NCBI GenBank assembly: GCA_965228855.1
Contig: CBDDIJ010000002.1
Coordinates: 1,408,001 to 1,472,000 of the forward strand
DNA length: 64,000 nucleotides
Source of the DNA: Candidatus Obscuribacterales bacterium
GTDB lineage: Bacteria > Cyanobacteriota > Vampirovibrionia > Obscuribacterales > Obscuribacteraceae
Direction of reading: 5' to 3'
Part shown: positions 29,901-37,815 of the stretch, in pieces
Position numbering within the stretch: position 1 is the first letter of the stretch
How the letters are laid out: each line of letters opens with the position of its first letter
Notes under the pieces: model-generated
The model's input: only the letters and a program-made list of their open reading frames with translations
Databases searched by the model: none
Told to the model about the DNA's origin: nothing
Program-made: the position numbers and the translations under genes

Positions 29901-30964
29901 AGAGCCAATTGATAGTTTGTTTTGGCGTCCTTTAGTTTGTTCTCGCGCAGCGATATGTTTCCTAAACCGATATAGGCGCCAGTGGAATGGTCTGCTTTCA
30001 ATGCTGCATCGTACTCTACACGGGCCTCTTTGAGTTTCCCTTGTGAAAACAAAACATCGCCGAGTTTGACGCGCGACATGGAATGGTTGGGTTCGATACC
30101 GTGATGTCGCAGAACTTGTTCGAGTACATGTTTTGCCTCTGTGTTGCTGCTATTGTGCGCAAGGGCAATGCGAGCCTGTTTCGCGCCTTCGACATAATCA
30201 TCGTGGCGGACGTAATACTTTGCTCTGTCGAGACTGACTTGAGAAAGCTTGGAGTCGATCGCCGCATTCTTAGGATAGACTTTGTCGTACTTTTCTAGAA
30301 GTTCTTGCGCTTGCTGCAGCTTACCTTCTTTGACGAGCTGGTCGGCATGGGCGACAACGTTGGCCACTGTCGAATGTTCAGCGCCGAGCTTGTACGCCTT
30401 TGTATTGCCGGAATGTTTGTCCGTGCCTGTGGGGCGCGTTGGATCGCCGTTTGTGGTTTGATATCCACTAGATGAAACTGTTGTGGCTGCTGCGCTCGCT
30501 GTGGAACCCGTGCGTGAAACTATGGGTGGTGCCGACGGCGGTGGAGGTATATCTCCGGCCATGCTAGAGGGCAAAAGGCTTGGTGACACCGGAGGCGGTG
30601 GCGGAACCAGTCCCGAGCTGTTTGAAATCGAGGAGTGGGGCACGGCTGTGGATGTCGTGCTGGGATAGCTCGCCGAATACGAGGACGATGCTTCGCCATA
30701 ATTTGACTCATACCCGGCCGGTATGCCGGCTTCTCTTCCGCCGGAAGTGCCATAGTCGTATCGTCGCGGAATCGTTGTCGCTGGGACAACTACCTTCTTT
30801 GCGTGCCGGAAGTCCGCGGCATCGCATTTTTGAGTGCTGGCGTTGATGACCGGTGAGACCAGAGCCACTGTTAACGCCAGTGCTATTTTTGTTTTTGCGC
30901 CATTGCCGAGGCAGTCTCTTTGAGATGCGTCGATTGAATTTGTTTTTTCTTTTGCCATCGCCAC
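26963..30964 (-). CDS. Large exported TPR protein with long Ser/Ala/Pro-rich disordered regions, a coiled coil and a C-terminal beta-sandwich
   Basis: Signal peptide; many TPR units (AYIGLGNI, ALRQLGIV, SHLGLARAY). Confidence 0.8.
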   Translation of the reverse strand: MAMAKEKTNSIDASQRDCLGNGAKTKIALALTVALVSPVINASTQKCDAADFRHAKKVVVPATTIPRRYDYGTSGGREAGIPAGYESNYGEASSSYSASYPSTTSTAVPHSSISNSSGLVPPPPPVSPSLLPSSMAGDIPPPPSAPPIVSRTGSTASAAATTVSSSGYQTTNGDPTRPTGTDKHSGNTKAYKLGAEHSTVANVVAHADQLVKEGKLQQAQELLEKYDKVYPKNAAIDSKLSQVSLDRAKYYVRHDDYVEGAKQARIALAHNSSNTEAKHVLEQVLRHHGIEPNHSMSRVKLGDVLFSQGKLKEARVEYDAALKADHSTGAYIGLGNISLRENKLKDAKTNYQLALDKDPESAVALRQLGIVRYKLKDVVGANTDLSRALVLNQSDKLAGQTLVELWQRQVSLRPKDANSHLGLARAYQLSGDLKSAQNAYRTVVSIEPNHPNLPAARQSFKLALARQEAQKTYEAAKTLDASGAVPEAFNKAAESVSLSPGDVKFRLYQAELAERLGNAPEAKHLYMEVLRQDPKNLIAAQKVKALTEHLSAGEAAQSLRGPLGAATGDGLQTQAGALDAAAGALAQGASAGALYSALGTPRLRGVEGPALATLPAAPGTTQIPTADPVQNMSGFLGQLRNHMLLQKKELQKQEDSVLDALHGKTKSESKVAALGELPPDATLPGLPDKMIGSADVQKLLSSAGASSSGATSPAAGAASALSSKGATSASDISRLLSGGTTGGAPTTSSSLSSAPGGLSEALRSAPPLSSGSIPPSLDQFNSQKAVNNSLLSAPTRSSESVLKVADTPEVIPPIAPSRFGPAAASQPLSAPQAAYSNPAGFSATPQAGGIDMNALAAQAQQLSPQALSGIARSLGMDPATMQSMASQAVQQAPQLMSQAPGLINKQLANLKQEDIDKYSKMLKEHVAKQQAKFGTSPTGTAKDVVTTKATPQLVKKVDMAKADPKATKLATAKGVNKTVAKPAAAKPATTKASNATAIASKPSSVSTTNTPPALSVPAVSEATSSVAGADLSSTAAEASAGTSSATSALGATGLSALGSAAAGAAASASTTSESALPNQMASETANPDNLDKLSSLEAQNKDLSSQLEDTRKELQMLRESMFNSSLQTAKKMKSSKTEVAKAPKAEKVKHSKESKSSASSDAGSQSAPEGNEISSPPAGFVPNGGPSAFNSTTAAPNMASSALSSIPNVSSLPQFSSEASPIVNLELAGVNVKPNGVRINVILRNGTGQALEIPSSTKAVVRMIGMPDQLADVKFPVKSLDAGMAARGYISVSGHKLDPSADVFIPKLVSTANGARDVHLTVPISALSSERPH

Positions 30965-31109
30965 GACGAAGTCCGAGCCTTTGGGCCGTAAGTCCCGTTC
31001 TGTCTGAGCGCCTCTAGCGCCGAGTCTATTGTATTAAACTTCCATCTCCTTACAAGGGGGAAAGTACGGTTAAGACGCCGAATGACCGATAGGCTGGCTT
31101 TTCGAAATC

Positions 31110-31134
31110 TTGATAATTCCGACATTTTTATCAA
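31110..31134. promoter_or_regulatory. Palindromic candidate operator between the divergent TPR gene and adhE
   Basis: TTGATAA-N11-TTATCAA; no cognate factor identified. Confidence 0.25.
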
Positions 31135-31394
31135 AAGCGGCAGCCGATCACAAGTTTTTAGGAACCGACGGATTCAAAATTCGTCTAAAGCCTCCGTGGG
31201 GGGAGAGTCGGAATGTTACGGCGAGTATCTCGCCCGGTTCGCAAAATGTCGGTTCAATTCGCTCTATGCAAGCGCACATCGGTTTGATCGGCGCTTCAAA
31301 GGGGAAGCGTTTTTGTAAAAGGTTTAGGAAATGCAGGCCCTTTGAGGGCAATTTGACATACTATTGGATCTGATTTGGAAGAGGTTTGTGACTT

Positions 31395-34025
31395 ATGTCA
31401 AGCACGGTCAAGGATAAGGACACAGCTCTGGACGAACGCGTCGAGCATCTCGTCCGGCAAGCGCGGCTTGCAGCGGCTGTTTTCACTCAGTATAGCCAGA
31501 AGCAAGTCGACGCAATCGTTAAGGCGATGACGATTGCTGCGATTGAAAACGCGGCTGTGCTTGCGCAAGCGGCGCACCTCGAGACGCGGATGGGTTGCAC
31601 TGAAGACAAGATTCTGAAGAATTACGTCGCTTCCGAATTTCTCTACGCCCAGATCAAAGACAAGAAGACCGTCGGTGTTATCCGCGAGTTTCCGGAAGAT
31701 AACATGGTCGAGATATCCGAGCCCATGGGCGTGATTCTCGCCCTCGCTCCGGTGACGAACCCGACTTCAACCGTGATTTTTAAAAGTATTGCGTGCGCTA
31801 AGACTCGCAATTGCGCCATCTTCAGTCCTCACTTGATGGCTGCCAACGCCTCCAATCAAACCGCCAAAATTTTGTACGATGCGGCATTAGCAGCAGGAGC
31901 ACCTAAGGGCTTCTTGGGATGGACGGAAAAGTCTCCGCGCTTGAGAAAAGAGACCGAACGCATGATGGTTCACCCTGAAGTGGACTTGATCTGGGCAACC
32001 GGTGGCACCAACATGGTGCGCGCGGCATACAGCTCCGGCAAACCGGCTCTGGGCGTAGGCTCAGGAAACACACCGGTTTACGTACACAAAAGCGCGAACA
32101 TAAGCTCCGCAACCATAGACATCATTATTTCGAAAACATTCGATAACGGCACTGAGTGTCCGTCTGAGCAAACGCTCGTCATCGACCGCGAGATTGCCCA
32201 ACCCATGCTTGCCGAGTTCAAACGGCTGGGCTGCCACGTTTGCACAACTGAAGAAACAGCCAAGATCGCCGACGCTGTCATCGATCCAAAAACGGGCGGC
32301 ATGAACTACAAGATGGTCGGACAACCGGCTAACTTCATTGCCGAACAAGCAGGCGTACAGGTAGCGCCGCGTACAAAAATGATTTTGTGCCAGCTGGAAG
32401 GCGATCTTCGCACGCACAAGCTAGCTGTTGAAAAACTGATGCCTGTTCTCGGTTTTGTGATCGTGGATTCTGTTCAGGCGGGTCTCAACCGCGCGCTGGA
32501 CATCAACTACGCTGGCGGCACAGGTCACACAGCCGGTATCTTCAGTCAGGATGAAGATGTCATTGAACAGTTCTCGTTGGCGATCAACGCTGGTCGCGTT
32601 ATCGTTAACTGTCCCACCTCCATCGGCGGCTTGGGTGGCGTTTATAACAATTTGACCACCACTCTGAGCTTCGGTTGCGGAACAGGTGGCGGCAACATCA
32701 CTTCCGACAATGTAAGCATCAAGAATTTGATGAACTACAAGCGTGTGCCTCGCCGGAAAAATCAGACGATGACCTTCCAGACCACGAAGAACATCTACAT
32801 CAATCCGGGAAGTATCGATCACCTGAGAGATTTGGAAACAAGAAACGCCATAATCATCACTTCGCGTTCTGCCGCTCGTCGTGGCCATCTGGCGATGGTC
32901 ATGGAAAGGATGCCGGCCGATTGTCGGGTTGATGTATTCAGCGATATAGGTGTGGAGCCGGACTTCCAGGAAGTTCAGAAAGCTGCCGCCGCCATGCGCG
33001 CCAGCCAGCCGGATACGATTGTCGCTCTGGGCGGCGGTTCCGTGCTCGATGCCGCGAAGGCGATCCGGCTCTTCTACGACTATCCGGAGATAAACCAGAA
33101 AGATCTGGCGGTCAACTTCCTCGACTTCCGCCATCGAATTTTTGAATTTCCGAAGACGCAGAAAACCCAGCTCGTCTGCATTCCAACGACTTCGGGAACA
33201 GGGTCGGAAGTCACTCCGTTTGCTGTAGTGACGGATACGGAGAAGAACAGGAAAGTCTCGCTTGTCGACGAAGTTCTGCTTCCAAACGTAGCAATCATCG
33301 ATGCCAACCTGACGCGCAGTTTGCCGACCGAGATAACGCGTGATACCGCATTCGATGCACTCACTCATGCGCTCGAAGCGCTCGTTTCGACCTACTCTTC
33401 CGACTATACGGATGGTCTGGCGCTCGAAGCTATGCGCCTCATCTTCGAGGCTTTACCCGAAGTTTTGAAGAAGCCGAACGAAGTTGTCTGGCGGCACAAA
33501 CTGCACAATGCGGCATGTCTGGCCGGCATGGCGATCGGTAACGCCTCCGTCGGTCTGAATCACGCGATGGCACACAGTATCGGAGCTTACTTCGACATCC
33601 CGCACGGTAGAGCCAATAGTGCTTTGCTGCTCACGACCGTCGACTACAACTCGCGCGTGCCTAACAAGTTTATCTCCGTCGCAAATTATCCTATCTGGAT
33701 TGCCGACAAGAAATACGCACGGGCTGCGCGCTTCCTAGGTCTCGTCGATAAGAATGCAGGTCCGGAAGGTTCGCCCGAGGAAGTTGAGGCAGCGGTGGCC
33801 GCTCTCAAGAAGGCGATTCTCGAACTCGGTTTGTCGACCGGGCAACCGCTTTCAATCGCGGAGTTGGGCGTACCGCTGGACAAATTCCAGGAAGCGATTC
33901 CAACGCTCGCCGTAATGTCCTTCGAGGACATGGCGTTGAAGACCAACCCGTGCTATCCGCCGGGAGAGGACATCGTGAATCTGCTCATCAGCTCCTATCC
34001 GCCCAGAGTGCCGGTTGCACAGTAA
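31395..34025 (+). CDS. adhE: Bifunctional acetaldehyde-CoA/alcohol dehydrogenase
   Basis: PVTNPTST, ATGG, SKTFDNGTECPSEQ (catalytic Cys), GCGTGGGN, LGGGSVLDAAK, PTTSGTGSEVT, DALTHALE, HAMAH, PHG. Confidence 0.96.
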   Translation: MSSTVKDKDTALDERVEHLVRQARLAAAVFTQYSQKQVDAIVKAMTIAAIENAAVLAQAAHLETRMGCTEDKILKNYVASEFLYAQIKDKKTVGVIREFPEDNMVEISEPMGVILALAPVTNPTSTVIFKSIACAKTRNCAIFSPHLMAANASNQTAKILYDAALAAGAPKGFLGWTEKSPRLRKETERMMVHPEVDLIWATGGTNMVRAAYSSGKPALGVGSGNTPVYVHKSANISSATIDIIISKTFDNGTECPSEQTLVIDREIAQPMLAEFKRLGCHVCTTEETAKIADAVIDPKTGGMNYKMVGQPANFIAEQAGVQVAPRTKMILCQLEGDLRTHKLAVEKLMPVLGFVIVDSVQAGLNRALDINYAGGTGHTAGIFSQDEDVIEQFSLAINAGRVIVNCPTSIGGLGGVYNNLTTTLSFGCGTGGGNITSDNVSIKNLMNYKRVPRRKNQTMTFQTTKNIYINPGSIDHLRDLETRNAIIITSRSAARRGHLAMVMERMPADCRVDVFSDIGVEPDFQEVQKAAAAMRASQPDTIVALGGGSVLDAAKAIRLFYDYPEINQKDLAVNFLDFRHRIFEFPKTQKTQLVCIPTTSGTGSEVTPFAVVTDTEKNRKVSLVDEVLLPNVAIIDANLTRSLPTEITRDTAFDALTHALEALVSTYSSDYTDGLALEAMRLIFEALPEVLKKPNEVVWRHKLHNAACLAGMAIGNASVGLNHAMAHSIGAYFDIPHGRANSALLLTTVDYNSRVPNKFISVANYPIWIADKKYARAARFLGLVDKNAGPEGSPEEVEAAVAALKKAILELGLSTGQPLSIAELGVPLDKFQEAIPTLAVMSFEDMALKTNPCYPPGEDIVNLLISSYPPRVPVAQ

Positions 34026-34080
34026 CGAAACAGTTTTATCGCACTGCCGATGGTGATAGTTTAAGTCAAGGAAAAAAATT

Positions 34081-34404
34081 ATGTCAGCGAAAAGCACGGA
34101 CAAAGGTACCAATTACGAAACGGTTCGAATCATGGGATCGCTGGATCGTTCCATCGAAGAAGCGGACCGTTTGCTGGCTGCGGACAAAACCGATGTACTT
34201 CTCGATTTCTCCGCGTGCACATTCATCACCGTCGATGGTCTCGAATGGCTTGAGGAACTGCTCCTTAGAGCTGAGTCGAAGAAGCATTCGGTTATCTTCG
34301 AGAGTATTCCGCCAACCGTGTACAAGGTGTTCAAGGTTTCGCACATCGCGCCGATACTAAAAGCGTGCGGCGGACCGACTCTTCCCAACGGACCCGTCTG
34401 CTAA
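34081..34404 (+). CDS. STAS domain protein (anti-sigma antagonist/MlaB-like)
   Basis: 107 aa; VLLDFSACTFITVDGL and P.VYKVFKVS match the STAS pattern. Confidence 0.75.
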   Translation: MSAKSTDKGTNYETVRIMGSLDRSIEEADRLLAADKTDVLLDFSACTFITVDGLEWLEELLLRAESKKHSVIFESIPPTVYKVFKVSHIAPILKACGGPTLPNGPVC

Positions 34405-34604
34405 GTATTCAACAAACTTGCACTTCGACCATTCTGGATTATTCGCTAATCCGTCGCTCATTACTTGACGGGGCGGGATGTTAGAGCCAGAAAGGTCACC
34501 GAAACACATCTGAATTGCTATACACCGTCAAGAGGATGGGGACCGCAGGTTGCAGCGATTTTCCGCACCACGCGTCTGGTAAATTTTCAACTGTTAGGAT
34601 TGTG

Positions 34605-35654
34605 ATGAGTAAGCTAACAAACGCCACTAAGGACTCGATGACCGAAACTGGGATGAGCCGTTCAACTTCCGGCGACGAGCTGCAACAGGCCGCGATTCAA
34701 ACATTCGATCTATGCAAGTCGTTTGGTGATCGGCAAGTAGTCGACCATCTCAATCTCAAGATCTATCCCGGTGAGCTTTATGCATTGCTGGGCGACAACG
34801 GGGCAGGCAAAACCACCACCATCGGAATGCTGACCACGCTACTCAAGCCGACGTCAGGGACATTTTCGATTTGCGGATTTGACGGGCGTAAACAGCCGGA
34901 GAAGGCCAAGGGCATGTTCGGGATAGTGTCCCAGGACATAGCCATTTATCAGGAATTGACTGCTTATGAAAATTTGAAATTTATCGCTGACTTGCATGGT
35001 ATCAAATCCGGTATCGCGAACGAGCGGATAAAGGACCTGCTTCAGCGTGCGGGCTTGACGGACAGGGCGCACGATCGTGCCGGCGTTTTCTCTGGTGGCA
35101 TGCAGCGCAAGTTGACGATTGCAGGAGCTCTCCTGCACTCACCCAGAGTCCTGTTTATGGATGAACCGACAGTCGGGCTCGACCCAGCCTCGCGGCGCCA
35201 AATCTGGGAGTCGCTAAAAGAATTTCGCGCGATGGGCGTGACTATTTTGCTGACGACGCATTACCTGGAAGAGGCGGAACTGCTCGCCGACCGCATCGGC
35301 GTTTTCCGAGAAGGGCGACTGGTCGCGGAAGGCACCATCGAAGAGCTTCGCCATCAGATACGTGGAATTCGCGGAATCGCGGTGCGCCTGACCGAGTGGC
35401 ACGATAGCGAGCGAATCGAAAAGATGATGGCTGAAATTCGCACTCTGTTCGGAGAAGCGAATTTCGACCATCTGCGAAATACAATCAATCTTTCACAGCC
35501 TGGTGATGGAGAGCTGGTCAACACCCTGCAGCGCGTCCTCGCCTGGCTCTCAGACAACAAGATTTCGTTCTCACGATTTGCGACCAGCGAACCGACTCTG
35601 GAAGAGGTTTTTCTTGCCATCTCCACCGATGCGAATCAAGGAGGGGCGGTTTAA
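34605..35654 (+). CDS. ABC-2 type transporter ATP-binding protein
   Basis: GDNGAGKTT, FSGGM, LFMDEPTVGLD, LTTHYLEEA and C-terminal TLEEVFL. Start uncertain (track gives 34515). Confidence 0.93.
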   Translation: MSKLTNATKDSMTETGMSRSTSGDELQQAAIQTFDLCKSFGDRQVVDHLNLKIYPGELYALLGDNGAGKTTTIGMLTTLLKPTSGTFSICGFDGRKQPEKAKGMFGIVSQDIAIYQELTAYENLKFIADLHGIKSGIANERIKDLLQRAGLTDRAHDRAGVFSGGMQRKLTIAGALLHSPRVLFMDEPTVGLDPASRRQIWESLKEFRAMGVTILLTTHYLEEAELLADRIGVFREGRLVAEGTIEELRHQIRGIRGIAVRLTEWHDSERIEKMMAEIRTLFGEANFDHLRNTINLSQPGDGELVNTLQRVLAWLSDNKISFSRFATSEPTLEEVFLAISTDANQGGAV

Positions 35655-35662
35655 ACCGAGAT

Positions 35663-36706
35663 ATGAGCGCAATTCTAGCTATCGTAAAAAAGGATGTGTT
35701 GCAGTGGACCCGGCGCCCGCTCTACTTCTTCTCAAGTGTCCTGCTCGGGGTTCTTATTCTTACACTGCTAGGTAATACCATATCTGGAGTCGCTGAGATG
35801 CCGTTTGGTTTGTACGATCCCGGCAATGTGAGCGAGCTGGATAAGCAGCTTGAGGCGTCGAAAAAATTTCGCGTCATAAAGTACGACAGCTTAGACGGCG
35901 CAAAAAATGCGTTGAAAGACGGAAAGATCGTCGCGCTTGCAAACGTCGACCAGGACCTTCTCGAGGACTCCGTGCAGATCATCAGCGAAGGCTACAATCC
36001 GCTCGTCGATGACCAAATTTCAATGGGATTGCTGAATGCGTTAACTCAAAAGTCTGGTGATCTCAGTTTGCCGATTTCCTCTAGCACGCTCTTCCCCGTG
36101 AAATTCGATTTGCGCGACTACATGACTCCCGGTCTGGCAGCCTATCTCTGCTACGTGTTGGCCTGCATGAATCTGGGATTCTCCTGGATTTATGAGTGGA
36201 TGGAGAAGACTTATCGGCAGATCATTTTGACGCCTAATGGCTTGCGATCGGCGATTATCGCCAAGACCTTCACGGTCACTGTCGAAGCGTCGCTTGTACT
36301 CTGGCTTGCGCTTCTGGTCAGCGCACCGATGGCGGGATTTCAGATCGGGCAGAATATTCCAGGCATCATGGGTGTGACCGTCATAAGCATGTTTTGTTTC
36401 GCCTGCTTGGGTTTGGGTGTAGCCAGCTTGCTTCGAACAATTAGAATCTACACAATGACTATTTCGATTTTCGGAGTGGCCGTGATGTTTGTCAGCGGCA
36501 TCATAGTGCCTGTCGAGGGGATGCCACTCTGGGAGCAGTACTTCGCCAGAAGCTTTCCCATGTATTACGCCGCGGACGCATTCAAAGGTGTCATGCTCGG
36601 AATTCCGGCGCACTATGGTCTGGACGTTCTCGTTCTTACTGCGTGGGCAATAGTGGGAATGTCCATAGCCACTCTCTTACTGAAACACCGACAGGCGGCT
36701 CTTTAG
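35663..36706 (+). CDS. ABC-2 type transporter permease
   Basis: N-terminal TM, periplasmic loop, YMTPG, five further TMs, SG...P...MP and P.YYA motifs. Confidence 0.9.
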   Translation: MSAILAIVKKDVLQWTRRPLYFFSSVLLGVLILTLLGNTISGVAEMPFGLYDPGNVSELDKQLEASKKFRVIKYDSLDGAKNALKDGKIVALANVDQDLLEDSVQIISEGYNPLVDDQISMGLLNALTQKSGDLSLPISSSTLFPVKFDLRDYMTPGLAAYLCYVLACMNLGFSWIYEWMEKTYRQIILTPNGLRSAIIAKTFTVTVEASLVLWLALLVSAPMAGFQIGQNIPGIMGVTVISMFCFACLGLGVASLLRTIRIYTMTISIFGVAVMFVSGIIVPVEGMPLWEQYFARSFPMYYAADAFKGVMLGIPAHYGLDVLVLTAWAIVGMSIATLLLKHRQAAL

Positions 36707-36869
36707 AGCGTCCTGTTCAATTTTATAAATCCCCGCAAACGCCGACGGGGCGATCGGATCGGCACTTGCGTGACACTGGCACGCTATAACTCACTTGAGC
36801 AAATATTCTGTTTGCGATATATGTTTAAAAGGGACGTCCTCAGAAAGAGGCGATCGGTAGGTAACTCTA

Positions 36870-37535
36870 ATGTTCAACGGATTATTCGATAAGGCAGCGT
36901 TCAAATCGAAGGTGCGTGCGGTTTTTGCTGCATGTGTAATTGCATCGACCCTCAGTATCAATGTTGCGCAGGCGCAGGTTAATTCGTCGGGCAAAGCGAC
37001 CGTCGATAAGGTCAGTAATTTGTTCTCTGTTTGGACAGAGAGCTCCAATCAATCCGTGTCGCGTGAAGCGGCTGAGTTGATTGACTACAATGAGATGGCG
37101 GAGAAGGCTATGGGTGCGCATTGGGGGCATCTCAATCCGACCGAGCGCCGTCAATTCACGGCTACGCTCAAACACATAATCGAACAGCGATATTACAGGC
37201 GGTGGCATAAAGTTTTTGCTAAAGGAGAGCTCGCATACAAGTCGGAGGCACCGGTTGAAGGCGATTTATTCATCCGAACAGCACTGAATGTCGGTAGAAA
37301 GAATGATGTACTTATCTGGCGTTTGAGCAAAAGAAGTGGCTCTTACAAAGTGATAAGCATCGCAGTCGGCAAAAAGGATTTGTTAGCGCGTTTGCAAACG
37401 CGACTGGATGCACGCATGAAGAAGAAGGAGAGCTTCCAGCAGTTGCTTGCCTGGATGCGCGATGAATCTGATGTCGACGAAGACGAAGGCGTTCCGAAGA
37501 GTCACGCTATCTCAGCCATATCTCAGAAGAGCTGA
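36870..37535 (+). CDS. Periplasmic MlaC/Ttg2D-like lipid-binding protein
   Basis: Signal peptide; IDYNEMAEKAMGAHWGHLNPTERRQF matches the MlaC D...MA..ALG..W..L...ER..F motif; YKVISIAV. Confidence 0.7.
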   Translation: MFNGLFDKAAFKSKVRAVFAACVIASTLSINVAQAQVNSSGKATVDKVSNLFSVWTESSNQSVSREAAELIDYNEMAEKAMGAHWGHLNPTERRQFTATLKHIIEQRYYRRWHKVFAKGELAYKSEAPVEGDLFIRTALNVGRKNDVLIWRLSKRSGSYKVISIAVGKKDLLARLQTRLDARMKKKESFQQLLAWMRDESDVDEDEGVPKSHAISAISQKS

Positions 37536-37815
37536 GTATTTAAGCGTTAAAACCGCTTGCACTGGCCTGTGAGAAAGAAGTCTCTGTTTAAAAATCGGGG
37601 AAACGCAGCTGTGCGTGCCCCGAAAATTTAATGCGCACCCCCCGGTTTCTCCCATTCCGTATCTATAAAGGTAATTGATAGAGTGGTTGACAAGGGGTAT
37701 TCGCGCGCCAGTACCGGCACGACAGGTTTCGCGACACTCGGGTACGGGCATAAATTTACTAAGAAAGTGCCATTCACTCACTGCATCACCAGACCAGTTG
37801 AGGAGTTAATAAGCC

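Noticed and set aside
31387..31402. CRP/Rex-like site TGTGA-N6-TCAAG at the adhE start
   Set aside because: Imperfect match that overlaps the start codon; cannot be distinguished from chance.
32421..33368. 315-aa antisense ORF in adhE, and similar ones in gltA (46186-46941) and the serine hydrolase (49316-50110)
   Set aside because: They lie on the opposite strand of well-supported genes and have no recognisable features.
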